A program made the position numbers and the translations under genes. A DNA stretch of 63,885 bases, counting the filler, from Octopus bimaculoides (taxonomy: Eukaryota): assembly GCF_001194135.2 (NCBI RefSeq). It is 9 parts of 6 records of this genome, joined end to end, with 100 filler letters (N's around TTAATTAATTAA, not from the genome) between each part and the next. Parts side by side here need not be neighbours in the genome. Positions count along the whole stretch, not along the records: positions 1 to 13,808 come from NC_068981.1; positions 13,909 to 25,438 come from NC_069000.1; 7 more parts are not named here. One strand, written 5' to 3'. Shown in pieces: positions 11,336 to 22,774 of the stretch. The number at the start of each line of letters is the position of its first letter. The stretch's first letter is position 1. The notes beneath the pieces were generated by a model. The model made no database searches, had not been told where the DNA came from, and was given only the letters and a program-made list of their open reading frames with translations.

Positions 11336-13315
11336 GAGAGAAAAAATCCAAGGCTATGAAAGATTTCAGGACATTTATAAAGAGGTCTTACAGGTGTTTC
11401 AGGGATATTTTATATATCCTTTCATCAGAGACGGTGCAAGAAAATGGTTAAGCAATAGTTATTATAGAGAAGATATGAAATACAGAGTGAAGTGCAGGAA
11501 GGAAAATAGAAGTGAGATAGGTAAGGATATTGTAGCCGTAGTTCCATTATTTGAGCAGAATGGTGTATATATAAGTTTCCTGCACCTTGTGTGTGGGTTC
11601 CAATGTTTAGAAGTTATGTCCCTTGGTTGGGTATGTTGTGAAGCTGGCAAGAATTATCTTGAAGTGGGGAAAGTGTGTATTATTAATGTGGTGCTCCTGT
11701 GGGGATGGGGTGTGTGGTATGTGTAGCGGTGTCATATATATAATTTTTTCTGGGGTGTGTAGGTATATATATCTGTGTTTGTTGGTCTGTTTTCTTTCTG
11801 TAAAGGATAAAGTCATGGGAGGTGGGGGTTATGTTAGTGTGTGGTGTGCAATGTGTGGGTGCGTTGGATTTGTGTATGTGTGGGGGTACAATTTGTGCGA
11901 AGGGGTTTGTGTTGGCGGGGCAGACAGTTTATTTTGTGGGGGTTCGCCTTATAGGGGTGTGTGAAGATGGTGCCTTGGTGAGTGCTTTGGTCAAACCCTT
12001 TTTGCCAGGCCCAAGGGCATTAGTGGAAGGTCGTTTGCGGGAGGTTGAGGCAGGGGATCTGTGGCTGCAATCTGCACTTCCTGCTGCTATTGAAGTATGG
12101 TTTGCATGTCAGGGGATCATATGTCCGAAAAAGAAGCACACTCTAAAAAATAGAGCAGTAATGTATTTACAAGCAGTTAAATATATGTCCGGTTATAGAG
12201 CGAATAATGGTTTCGCAACCATGAAGCGTTAGGCCTTATAGCCAGCTCATCATGGCAGATGCATATCCCACATCAAACAGGAAGTAGAAAACCATTATAG
12301 TCAGTTAATATGTAAACAGTGGCCGTTTGAGGCTTGGTCGAGTTATCTCTCTTAGACTAGTTCAGATGGCAGATTTATGGACTTACGTGGGGGAAAGGGC
12401 AATCTCTGCTCCTAGATTATTTCCAGTCTGTAGGGACATTTTTCGGCTCTAATTAGTGAGTGGGGAATCTCATACTTGTAGCAGGTAGCACTTGAAGTAG
12501 AGGCATCGGTTATGAATCTCACTTCTTGCATTTGATATAGACTCTGTGTCCCTTGAGTATTCTCGCTTGCTTTGCTATGCAGTGCTTGCATCAGCCGCTC
12601 CTCTTAATGTAGGGCCCTAACCACTCTTAATTTCGTATGAGGTTCCATTATCCTTAAGCCGCCATACGTGGCTAACCAGGGATGTGTCGTACCATCTTTC
12701 CGTAATTATGTGTACCTATCGTTGTACAGGTACCTGTGGTTGTACAAGTGCCGCTTAAAGGCAGTTCCAGCTGCTCCGATACATCTCTAAACTTGATTGC
12801 TGGCTGTGTTCACACGCATGGTGTATCTTGCATTGGCCCTGGGCCTGGGGCTGATGTTGCAGCCGCTGCTGTTATCGGAGCTGTCACCGTTGCTTTTATT
12901 GCGGGGCATGGGTCTGGCGATATCGCTGTAGTTATTATCGTTCCATTAGCCATTCTTGGCCATAGTGTTGGTATTGCTGCCGCTGTTGCATGGCTGGTGC
13001 TGTTGCGGCTACCGTCGCCGCTAACATTGAGTGTTGGAGTGGTAGTATCATCAATAGTCATGTTGCTATCGTGACGGTGGTTGTTGCAGGCGAGACACCA
13101 TTTGAACTGTTCTAAGGGAGATAACTCGACCAGGCCTCACTGGGCCTTTGTTTACATATTGACGTATTAACTGACCGTAACGGTTCTACCTCCAGTTAGA
13201 AGAGGGTTATGCATCCACCATTCAGTCTAACAAACCGTCTTATAAGGTCTGTTGCTTTTTGGAGGCAGAACCATTGGTCACTGTGACCGGACATATATTT
13301 AACTGCTTGCAAATA
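11336..13315 (-). mobile_element. Penelope-like retroelement, rearranged
   Basis: Minus strand encodes decayed GIY-YIG endonuclease motifs (RCIGAAGTAFKRHLYNH..TSLVSHVWRLKDNGTSYEIK..ARSEIHNRCLYFKCYLL, ~12830-12470), a second remnant CKPYFNSSRKCRL near 12100, inverted arms and a 3' hammerhead. Confidence 0.8.
11385..11432 (-). ncRNA. Minimal type I hammerhead ribozyme
   Basis: GTCT-CTGATGA-AAGGATAT(ATAAA)ATATCCCT-GAAAC-ACCT-GTA-AGAC: intact core, 4-bp stem I, 8-bp stem II with one mismatch, 2-bp stem III, GUA triplet. Confidence 0.8.
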
Positions 13316-13627
13316 TCTAGCTATCTGTATCCACACATATATATGTATACACACACATACATAGGTATGTGTGCGTAATATACGTTTGTTAGTGTGCGTA
13401 TGTAAAATATTTAGTAGAAAGTGGGTTATACATCTTTAGATTGTATACCTGACTTTCTACTATAAAATTAAAGAAATAGACGGAACGCTGAACTCCAGAC
13501 TAAACAACTTAAACAACATTTATTTACTTGGTAAAACATACATATCTTTAGTTATACATCTTTAGAGGTGAGAATAACTAGCTGTCGAGTATAAGACCGA
13601 AAGATGTAGAGACAGCTTTTAAACATA

Positions 13628-13808
13628 CGTCCATGCTCAATCGCTGGCCAGCGTGAAAGAGAATGAATTGAGCGGGAAACGCTTGCTTTATTAATTCTAC
13701 GCATGCGCAGGCGTTACTACAGAGCTCCCTCGCCAGAGCGGAAACGCACGATAAATAAAATCTGTTAGAACGCCTGAGGCAGGATGGCCACTGAAAAACC
13801 ACCCACAA
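13628..13808. promoter_or_regulatory. CpG-rich promoter-like region with NRF1-type motif
   Basis: About a dozen CpGs in ~180 bp; TGCGCATGCGT (minus, 13699-13709); plus-strand AGGATGG start at 13784 (MATEKPPT) running into the linker. Confidence 0.45.
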
Positions 13809-13908
13809 NNNNNNNNNNNNNNNNNNNNNNNNNNNNNNNNNNNNNNNNNNNNTTAATTAATTAANNNNNNNNNNNNNNNNNNNNNNNNNNNNNNNNNNNN
13901 NNNNNNNN
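13809..13908. other. Artificial concatenation linker
   Basis: N44-TTAATTAATTAA-N44, stops in all six frames. Confidence 0.95.
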
Positions 13909-14315
13909 AACATATATTCAATATAGTTATGAATACAACTAAGGCACAGGATATATATTTGAAGGGAAAAGGTTAAAAGGTCCCTCAGAATATTTCGTTG
14001 CGTGAAATTACTTAAAAAGCCAGTCAGCATTTTCTTTTTCACACTAACAATTTGATTCCTGAAGGTTCTGAAATCTTATCTATAGAAATATATAATTAAC
14101 ATTGGTAATACGCTACCTGGGTATTCTTAACATTTCTTCCTTCAGAAATTAATACCTCTTTGCTGCCTTAGCCATTTATTACAAAAGACGTCTGTCTTCA
14201 GAGACATAAAAATGATACAGAATTTTGCGGTAGAGATTTTAAACATTTATTGAAACAGATTGAACATTTATTATCATTTCAATATTTTTTAATTTAATTT
14301 AATCCTGTTTTAAAG

Positions 14316-14645
14316 GCGTATACCGGATTTTTTATTCGGCCGGACAGCTATTTGCAACATCAGCGAATGTTTTAGTTTCATTTTCTTCTACCAAGGACGA
14401 CGAATTCCCACACGAGCATGTGGTTGGCTGCCAGTACGCGCCATTGTAGAGGTATCAAAAGGCCGAAGTGTAACTAACGTTCTCAAATGCGTATACTGGA
14501 TATTTATTCAACCTGGCAGCTTTTTGCAACATCTGTGAATTTCATTTTGCTTTCTACTTCAGAGATGAGGAACTCTCATTCGAGAATGTGGCCGGCTACG
14601 AGTAAACGTTATTGAAAAGTCTCCCAAATTGTTGAAATGCATCTG
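14316..14645. repeat. Diverged tandem duplication, period 173 bp
   Basis: GCGTATAC(C/T)GGAT..TTTGCAACATC..TTTCATTTT.. units start at 14316 and 14489. Confidence 0.75.
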
Positions 14646-14706
14646 GCTTTCTCGCCGGTCCCTGCTGGGACGAATTTTCATCTCTCTGATATTTATTGCG
14701 TTTTAG

Positions 14707-14749
14707 GACAGCACGCCAGTAAGAGACGTTATCTCAGGAAAACACCAGC
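14707..14749 (+). CDS. Candidate 43-nt exon, unknown gene
   Basis: Acceptor TTTATTGCGTTTTAG, donor GTGAGT; two open frames (DSTPVRDVISGKHQ or QHASKRRYLRKTP). Confidence 0.25.
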
Positions 14750-15100
14750 GTGAGTAGCCGAACGACAACAATGTATATACATTAAGTATGATACGTAGAT
14801 GGCTATTCTATTTCATTATTTTTATGGTAGCAGTAGCAAAATCATATTTTGTTGTACTACACAAACTTGGAGCACGTTCATTTAATGAAGATTTTATGTA
14901 AAGCATTAAGTTCTGTATGTTAAGAGAATGGTAAATAGAATGTTGTACCGTTCATAATTCTCCAAGGGATATTAGCAACGAAAATAATTTGAATTCAGTT
15001 GGGAATAACTTTGTAAAGTCTGTTTGATGGGAGCTCTTCTACTCAGCTTACCTCATTAACGCCTGGCTGTATATGAATATTACAGGTAGTACCTCACAAG

Positions 15101-15250
15101 AGTGGAGGCGCATGGCTTAGTGGTTAAGGTGTTGAACTCACGATCGTAAGATTGTGGTTTCGATTTCTGGACCGGATGATGCGTTGTGTTCTTGAGCAAA
15201 AACACTTATTTTCACATTGGTCCAGTCCACCCAGCTGCAGAAATGAGTTT
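15101..15250 (+). mobile_element. tRNA-headed SINE family A-related (family E) 5' part
   Basis: GTGGAGGCGCATGGCTTAGTGGTTAAGGTG..GGTTTCGATT..TTCTTGAGCAAAAACAC..AGAAATGAGTT; related copy at 55670-56008. Confidence 0.75.
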
Positions 15251-15966
15251 AGCCTGGAGAGGGATGGGCTCCACTAGGCTTTATCGTCCTAGATACGCTG
15301 TATGGCTGCAGCGCCCCAACTACCGCAAAGGGGTTAAGGGACTTGTCAAAAAACTTCACAAGATACCACCACCACGTCTGTGACTGTTTATTTTCCGAAA
15401 GACATTCTAGGGCAGGTGTGAGAGGTCAGATCTGATCGCTTTGAACAGGTAGAATATTTGTTGGTTTAAATGCTAAAGTCTTCAAGCTCATTATATACAT
15501 GATACCATATTAGTATTTCGTAGACAGATCGTTTCCTTGATGCAGGAACTGAAAGGTGGCGAATCTAACTCCAATAACCCACTTACCTCTGTTTTGTCTT
15601 CTCTAGGAATAGCGTTTGAGATTAAACAGGAAATGAGGAGCGGTGTATGTGTGTGTGAGAGAGAGAGAGAGAGAAAGAATGAGAAAGAGAAAGAAAAAAA
15701 CTAATGAATGAAACAAAGAATGCGTGTATCTGGTGAAGAAATGTTCGCAGATATGTTGACGATGAAGATAAGTGCAAACTACAGAAACAGTCACTAATAC
15801 ATGTGTCGAAGAGATGATGGAGAGAAAGAAATATAGTAAGGGACTTGGTCTATGTGTATCAGATGTTTGTGGTTGAGAGAGAGAGGGAGGGAGGGAGAGA
15901 GAGAGGTGGGCGGAAGGGAATGGTGTGAGTGATGATAGACGTGTGTGTATAGGAAATAATAGGAAG

Positions 15967-16011
<45 letters not shown>

Positions 16012-17377
16012 GACAGAGAGAGAGAGATAATGCGTAAAGGAAGGAGTTAGTGTACGCGGGTTGAAATATATACATATACATACATACACACACATATATG
16101 TATATAGACATATATGTATATATGTATATATATATATATATANNNNNNNNNNNNNNNNNNNNNNNNNNNNNNNNNNNNNNNNNNNNNNNNNNNNNNNNNN
16201 NNNNNNNNNNNNNNNNNNNNNNNNNNNNNNNNNNNNNNNNNNNNNNNNNNNNNNNNNNNNNNNNNNNNNNNNNNNNNNNNNNNNNNNNNNNNNNNNNNNN
16301 NNNNNNNNNNNNNNNNNNNNNNNNNNNNNNNNNNNNNNNNNNNNNNNNNNNNNNNNNNNNNNNNNNNNNNNNNNNNNNNNNNNNNNNNNNNNNNNNNNNN
16401 NNNNNNNNNNNNNNNNNNNNNNNNNNNNNNNNNNNNNNNNNNNNNNNNNNNNNNNNNNNNNNNNNNNNNNNNNNNNNNNNNNNNNATATATATATGTCTT
16501 CTGCAATAGCATCAGGCCGATCAAAGTCTCGTAAGATACGAGAATATTTATAAATCACTACAATTGTTTCGACCCATCTAAAGACACATCTACACTGACG
16601 GATACTCCTAACATATCTGTTAAACATCTCACCAGCTCATGGTGTTACAAGCCATGCGAACTAGACAATAAATTTTGTTTCACCTTGTGATGCCATGTTG
16701 GAACAAGCAAAATATCCATCAAAAGATGACAGCGTTTATTTCAGCTTTCTATCAGATATGTTTTTGCTTTGGCCTTTCTTGATTTTCTTCTTGTGTTTCA
16801 TTTGGTCTTCCCTCAGATACTCGTTGTGATTTTATATTTCCATGTGTGTGTGTGTGTGTGTGTTTGTGTGTGTGTACGAGCGTGCATATGCGTGTGTCTT
16901 TGTGTATATATTTCCCTCCCCCTCCAACCGCTTGATGATCGGTATTGGTTTGTTTATATCCTCATAAATTAGCCTTTCTGCCAAAGTCACCGATAATGTA
17001 AGTATAGAGCCATTCGACTAAACCCTTCAGACTTGTGCCCCGCAGTTCAATGACTGAAATAAGTAAAAGGTACACGTCAACTTAATTTGTTTCGAGCTAC
17101 GTCTTTTTAAAGGAATTAATGGAAAAAATAAATCTCAACTTCAGTCGATTAATCTCACTTTACGCCTGCTTCCGTAACCATATTTAAAAACATTAAAAAA
17201 AAGGGGAAAAAAAAAGGAAGAGTCTTAAAATTCCAAACTGAAGTGTAATATCAAAGAATCAACGAAAATATATATTGAAATATCTACAAACCATTTATTA
17301 AAACAGGATGCAAGAAAATAGATTTTTATAAGTGTTTTATCGTGTTACGTGGTTTTTGAGCCTGTATGTATGTATGA

Positions 17378-17757
17378 AATGACATTCCGTCGGTTACGAC
17401 GACGAGGGTTCCAGTTGATCCGATCAACGGAACAGCCTGCTCGTGAAATTAACATGCTTGTGGCTGAGCACTCCACAGACACGTGTACCCTTAACGTAGT
17501 TCTCGGAGACATTCAGAGTGACACAGTGTGACAAGGCTGGCCCTTTGAAATACAGGCACAACAGAAACAGGAAGTAAGAGTGAGAGAAAGTTGTGGCGAA
17601 AGAGTACAGCAGGATTCGCCACCATCCCCTGCTGGAGTCTCCGGGAGCTTTAGGTGTTTTCGCTCAATAAACACTCACAACGCCCGTCTAGGAATCGAAA
17701 CCGCGATCCTACGACAGCGAGTCCGCTACCCTAAGCACTGGGCCATTGCGCCTCCAC
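17378..17757 (-). mobile_element. SINE family A, full length
   Basis: Colinear with 1618-2000; CpGs largely retained. Confidence 0.9.
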
Positions 17758-17802
17758 ATGTCTGTATATGCAGTTGCTGAAATCAAAATTTGTAAGCTAT
17801 TT

Positions 17803-18022
17803 AAGGCGGTGAGCTGGCAGAATCGTTAGCACACTGGGCAAAAATGCTTAGCGACTTTTCCTCCATTTTTACATTCTGAGTTCAAATTCTGCCGAGGGCA
17901 ATTTTGCTTTCTATTCTTTCGGACTCGTTAAAATAAGTACCAGCTAAACAACCGGGTGGTTGATGCCATCGACCTACCCTCTCCTCCAGAATTACTGGCC
18001 TTGTACCAAAATTTGAAACCGA
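17803..18022 (+). mobile_element. tRNA-derived SINE family C
   Basis: AAGGCGGTGAGCTGGCAGAATCGTTAGCAC head, GAGTTCAAATTC B box, TAAGTACCAG core. Confidence 0.8.
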
Positions 18023-18335
18023 TATTAGAGAGCTGTTTATAAGATTAAAACGATATTTCACGAAAATAACAAGGTGATAAATGGAAAAGAAAATTGAATG
18101 AAGAATATAATTAGGTTTGAGTAGGAGTGAATTTTTTTCTAAGTTTGGAGTCTAGAAAGTTTTAGCGATTTGTAATTATAGTTGTTTATATTATCAGTGA
18201 GAGAAAAAAACCAGTCAGAAGTTTTATTCAGAGCGAAAACTGGTCCTGTTGATAAGATAAATAACAGACTCTAGTATGTCGTAGATTGGTTTTAAATTGG
18301 TACTTGGTAACGTCTGGCTTGCACTCATTACTCAC

Positions 18336-18455
18336 AGTTACTGTTGATGGTGGTCGCTGTTGACAGTAACTGCCATCGTCACTATCATCACTACAGTTCT
18401 CATGCCATAATGGTGGTGGTGGTAGTAGTGGTGAGGGTGGTGATGGTAATGATAG
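18336..18455 (-). CDS. Candidate 120-nt exon (Pro/Asp-rich), unknown gene
   Basis: Acceptor CTTATTCTCTCGTACAG, donor GTGAGT; only frame 0 is open: LSLPSPPSPLLPPPPLWHENCSDDSDDGSYCQQRPPSTVT; low complexity weakens the case. Confidence 0.3.
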
Positions 18456-18666
18456 CTGTACGAGAGAATAAGTACGAACCTTAAAAAAAAAACGTACACG
18501 GAGGCCGATTTGTTCGACAAAATCAGTGGTTTTAAACCGTGTTTTGCCTATGGAATCTTTTTGATTTCCATTTAATTCTAATGGATCTCCATACTTAATC
18601 GGTGATACTTAATCCATACTTAATCCTTGTGCATTTTTTATCCAATCAAATATTATTAGGAATTAT

Positions 18667-19080
18667 TCTTTCATTCTTTTACTTGTTTCAGACTGTTGAC
18701 TGCGGCCATGCTGGAGCACCGCCTTAAGGGATTTTAGTCAAACAAATCGACCCCGGGACTTATTCTTTGTAAACGTAGTGCTTGTTGTATCGGTTTTTTT
18801 TGCCGAACCGCTGAGTTATGGGGACGTAAGCACACCAACATCGGTTGTCAAGCGATGGTAGCGGTGGTGGTGGTGGGGAACAAACACAGATACAATGACA
18901 CACACACATACATAAATATATGCATATATATGTACGATGGGCTTCTTTCAGTTTCCGTTTACCAAATCTACTCACAAGGCTTTAATCGGCCCGAGGCAAT
19001 AGTAAAAGACACTTACCCAAGGTGCCACGCAGTGGAACAGAATCCGGAACCGTGTGGTTGGAAAGCAAGTTTCTTACCAC
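18667..19080 (-). mobile_element. SINE family B
   Basis: Colinear with 7024-7419; head slightly truncated. Confidence 0.88.
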
Positions 19081-19147
19081 AAAAAAAAAAACAAAACTTT
19101 ATGTATTGTGGAAGCAGAAGCAATTTCTTATACACAAATTTTAACTA

Positions 19148-19379
19148 TTGAGTTGTTCGGAAAGTTCGTGCCAATTCATAGTAGCTTACCTTTCGACTTA
19201 TTTGCCATGAAACCACCTCAGTTCTAGAAAGAGGGTATTTTCAAGTTAAAGGAAAGATGGAGACGCATTGTGCAGCAACAAAATGGTTCATATTCGGTTG
19301 ATTAAAAATGTAATGGCAAGTATTTATTGACCTTTTTCTTTCCTTTAAAAATTCGGCACGAACTTTCCGGACAACCCAA
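19148..19379 (+). mobile_element. Internally deleted mariner (MITE-like)
   Basis: TIRs TTG(A/G)GTTGT(T/C)CGGAAAGTTCGTGCC; TA on left; interior encodes KEGIFKLKERWRRIVQ..NGSY, a mariner transposase C-terminus. Confidence 0.85.
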
Positions 19380-19737
19380 CACACATAATCTTATATGGAC
19401 GCCGGTTGAGAACCATTGGGCTAAACCCTTACAAGGCGGTGCTCCAGCGTGGCCGCAGTCCAGTGACTGTAACGACTCTTCTAAAAAGAAATGAATGAGC
19501 CAGTGAAATATTGAATGACAAAAACTAAGACTGAAAGGAAGGAAGGAAGGAAGGAAGAAAAATAAAAAGGAAGTAATTGTAATTAAAATAGAAAAGTAAA
19601 AATATGAAATATCACCTGAGAGAACAGCAAAGATAACTTGATCTGTCTGCAATGATTACGACACACATTTACAGAGACACACGCATACACATATTCACGT
19701 TCACACTCTTCCCCACACACATCTCTATCTACCTATC

Positions 19738-20175
19738 GGCCTTTCGGGGTCGATAAATTAAGTACCAGTGGCGTACTGGAATCGATCTAATCGACTGGTC
19801 CACTCCCGCAAAATTTCGGGCCTTGTGCCTAGAGTAGAAAAGAATATATAGAATATATATAAAAGAATATAGATATAGAGTAGAAAAGAATATATAGAAT
19901 ATATATAAAAAAAAATATATATATAGAGTAGAAAAGAATAATTTTAAAAGGGCGAGCTGGCAGAAACGTTAGCACGCCGGGCGAAATGCACAGCGGTATT
20001 TCGTCTGGCGTTACGTTCTGAGTTCAAATTCCGCCGAGGTCGACTTAGCCTTTCGGGGTCGATTAAATAAGTACCAGTTACGCACTGGGGTCGATATATT
20101 CGACTTAATCCGTTTGTCTGTCCTTGTTTGTCCCCTCTGTGTGTAGCCTCTTGTGGGCAATAAAGAAATAAGAAA
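19738..20175 (+). mobile_element. Two SINE family C units (3' part plus amplified tail; full copy 19949-20175)
   Basis: Shared CTTTCGGGGTCGAT..TAAGTACCAG core with two different 3' tails; AGAGTAGAAAAGAATATAT tandem between them. Confidence 0.85.
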
Positions 20176-20204
20176 AGAATATGTCGTATATATGTATATA
20201 TATA

Positions 20205-20432
20205 TATGTATGTGTGTGTGTATGTTTGTATGTGTGTGTTTGTCCCCCCAACATCGCTTGACAACCGATGCTGGTGTGTTTATGTCCCCGTAACTTAGCG
20301 GTTCGGCAAAGAGAGATCGATAGAATAAGTACTAGGCTTACAAAGAATAAGTCCTGGGGTCGATTTGCTCGACTAAAAGGTGGTGCCCCAGCATGGCCGC
20401 AGTCATATGACTGAAACAAGTAAAAGAGAGAG
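20205..20432 (+). mobile_element. SINE family B 3' half
   Basis: TTTGTCCCCCAACATCGCTTGACAACCGATG..GGCCGCAGTC..GTAAAAGAG. Confidence 0.88.
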
Positions 20433-20466
<34 letters not shown>

Positions 20467-20584
20467 GTATGACATTCTTATATACCATTTCTCTTACTTT
20501 GCTACATACATTTGTTATACAACAAGTGCCTTGCCATATTCTTCCCCACATCTCTTCTACACACATACACACACATACACACAC

Positions 20585-20655
<71 letters not shown>

Positions 20656-20941
20656 CGCGCGCTACAAATTCATATATGTTGCACTTACCTTACTTTCCGG
20701 CGTTAGCATTTCTTTCAGTAGACAAACATATTGTTTCGTTCATTCATATTCTTTTTATTAACCCTCTCGCCCATACTTCCTGCTTAATTCTCCACTCTGT
20801 TCCCTACTGTGACAGTCATGTTAAGTGGGTTACATTAGGATTTATCTCCCTAACCTTTTATCACCAACAAATATCCAAAATCCATATAATTTATTAATAA
20901 TAAGCGTTTTCTTTGTATTAAAGTTTTTCTTATCTCTACAG

Positions 20942-21102
20942 CTTCTCGTCGACACATCAGTTTCTGGTATGATAAAATCTTTCCTAGCAACGCCTCAGGG
21001 TAAAGAAATACTTGAATTAAAGTCGTTATTCTACAACCCCGACGTGTTTGGTCGCATTCACACATCCATCAAACACGTGGTGTGCCCTGGTGGCCAGTTT
21101 TT
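20942..21102 (+). CDS. Candidate 161-nt coding exon, unknown protein
   Basis: Strong acceptor TTTTTCTTATCTCTACAG, donor GTAAGG; open frame LLVDTSVSGMIKSFLATPQGKEILELKSLFYNPDVFGRIHTSIKHVVCPGGQF; high complexity and higher GC than flanks. Confidence 0.5.
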
Positions 21103-22774
21103 GTAAGGGAGATAGTAATTTCTAAATCAATCTTGGTGTGTTAACATCCCAGTAACATAGCGGTTCGACAAAAGAGACTGATAGAATAAGTACCAGGCTT
21201 TACAAAAATGGTACTGAGGTCGATTCGTTCGACTAAAATTCACCACGGCCGCAGTGTAACGCATGAAACAAGGGAGAAATAAAAGATAAAGATAAGTAAT
21301 CAAGCATAGCGCCATTTCATTCTTGTTTGAACTCGGCAGCATGGCATAAACCGAGATAAATATATTATTCTAAACTGCTACCCAATTCCTTAACCCAAAG
21401 ACCGTTCTTTGATACACATAGAACTATAATTTTATAGGGTTTCCTGGTAGCCTATACCTAAGCCATCGTCTGATGAGACGTTGTAAAGCTCTGAGCATTC
21501 TGGACGGGAAACCCTGGGTAATCTTATAAACCGGCCATGATTATCTTTATCTAAATGCTCTACTGCTCTATAACTTACAGTGTGCTTCGAGTTTATGATT
21601 CACTGACCTTACACACACACACACACACACANNNNNNNNNNNNNNNNNNNNNNNNNNNNNNNNNNNNNNNNNNNNNNNNNNNNNNNNNNNNNNNNNNNNN
21701 NNNNNNNNNNNNNNNNNNNNNNNNNNNNNNNNNNNNNNNNNNNNNNNNNNNNNNNNNNNNNNNNNNNNNNNNNNNNNNNNNNNNNNNNNNNNNNNNNNNN
21801 NNNNNNNNNNNNNNNNNNNNNNNNNNNNNNNNNNNNNNNNNNNNNNNNNNNNNNNNNNNNNNNNNNNNNNNNNNNNNNNNNNNNNNNNNNNNNNNNNNNN
21901 NNNNNNNNNNNNNNNNNNNNNNNNNNNNNNNNNNNNNNNNNNNNNNNNNNNNNNNNNNNNNNNNNNNNNNNNNNNNNNNNNNNNNNNNNNNNNNNNNNNN
22001 NNNNNNNNNNNNNNNNNNNNNNNNNNNNNNNNNNNNNNNNNNNNNNNNNNNNNNNNNNNNNNNNNNNNNNNNNNNNNNNNNNNNNNNNNNNNNNNNNNNN
22101 NNNNNNNNNNNNNNNNNNNNNNNNNNNNNNNNNNNNNNNNNNNNNNNNNNNNNNNNNNNNNNNNNNNNNNNNNNNNNNNNNNNNNNNNNNNNNNNNNNNN
22201 NNNNNNNNNNNNNNNNNNNNNNNNNNNNNNNNNNNNNNNNNNNNNNNNNNNNNNNNNNNNNNNNNNNNNNNNNNNNNNNNNNNNNNNNNNNNNNNNNNNN
22301 NNNNNNNNNNNNNNNNNNNNNNNNNNNNNNNNNNNNNNNNNNNNNNNNNNNNNNNNNNNNNNNNNNNNNNNNNNNNNNNNNNNNNNNNNNNNNNNNNNNN
22401 NNNNNNNNNNNNNNNNNNNNNNNNNNNNNNNNNNNNNNNNNNNNNNNNNNTGTCTACGAGAACTGATAAAGCCATTAATATGTTGTCCAGACCGTTGCTT
22501 CAATGAATAATCCTAGAACTACAAGTTAATTTAGATGCAATTACATTGTTTTTGCTGGTGTTTCATATTTATTGTTATCTTCTGCTTCCTCTTGTAATTT
22601 TAATTCTCTCTATTTCATCGTAATAACCCGCTGCCTTGTCACCCAAGCGTAATAGAAACGCGTCCGTTTATCGTTCTTATCTGGCTTCGCAAGTATTTAA
22701 CCTAGATTATACACTCATGAATGACCCCTGCAGATTTTTTTTTAACCCTTTTTTTTTTTTGGTTATCTTTTCCT

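Noticed and set aside
12736-13074. Hydrophobic plus ORF resembling a membrane protein
   Set aside because: Antisense to the Thr/Ala/Ser-rich linker of the Penelope-like element.
16556-16600. Second hammerhead-like half (minus GAAAC-AATT-GTA with palindromic loop)
   Set aside because: No CUGANGA upstream; at best a decayed Penelope end.
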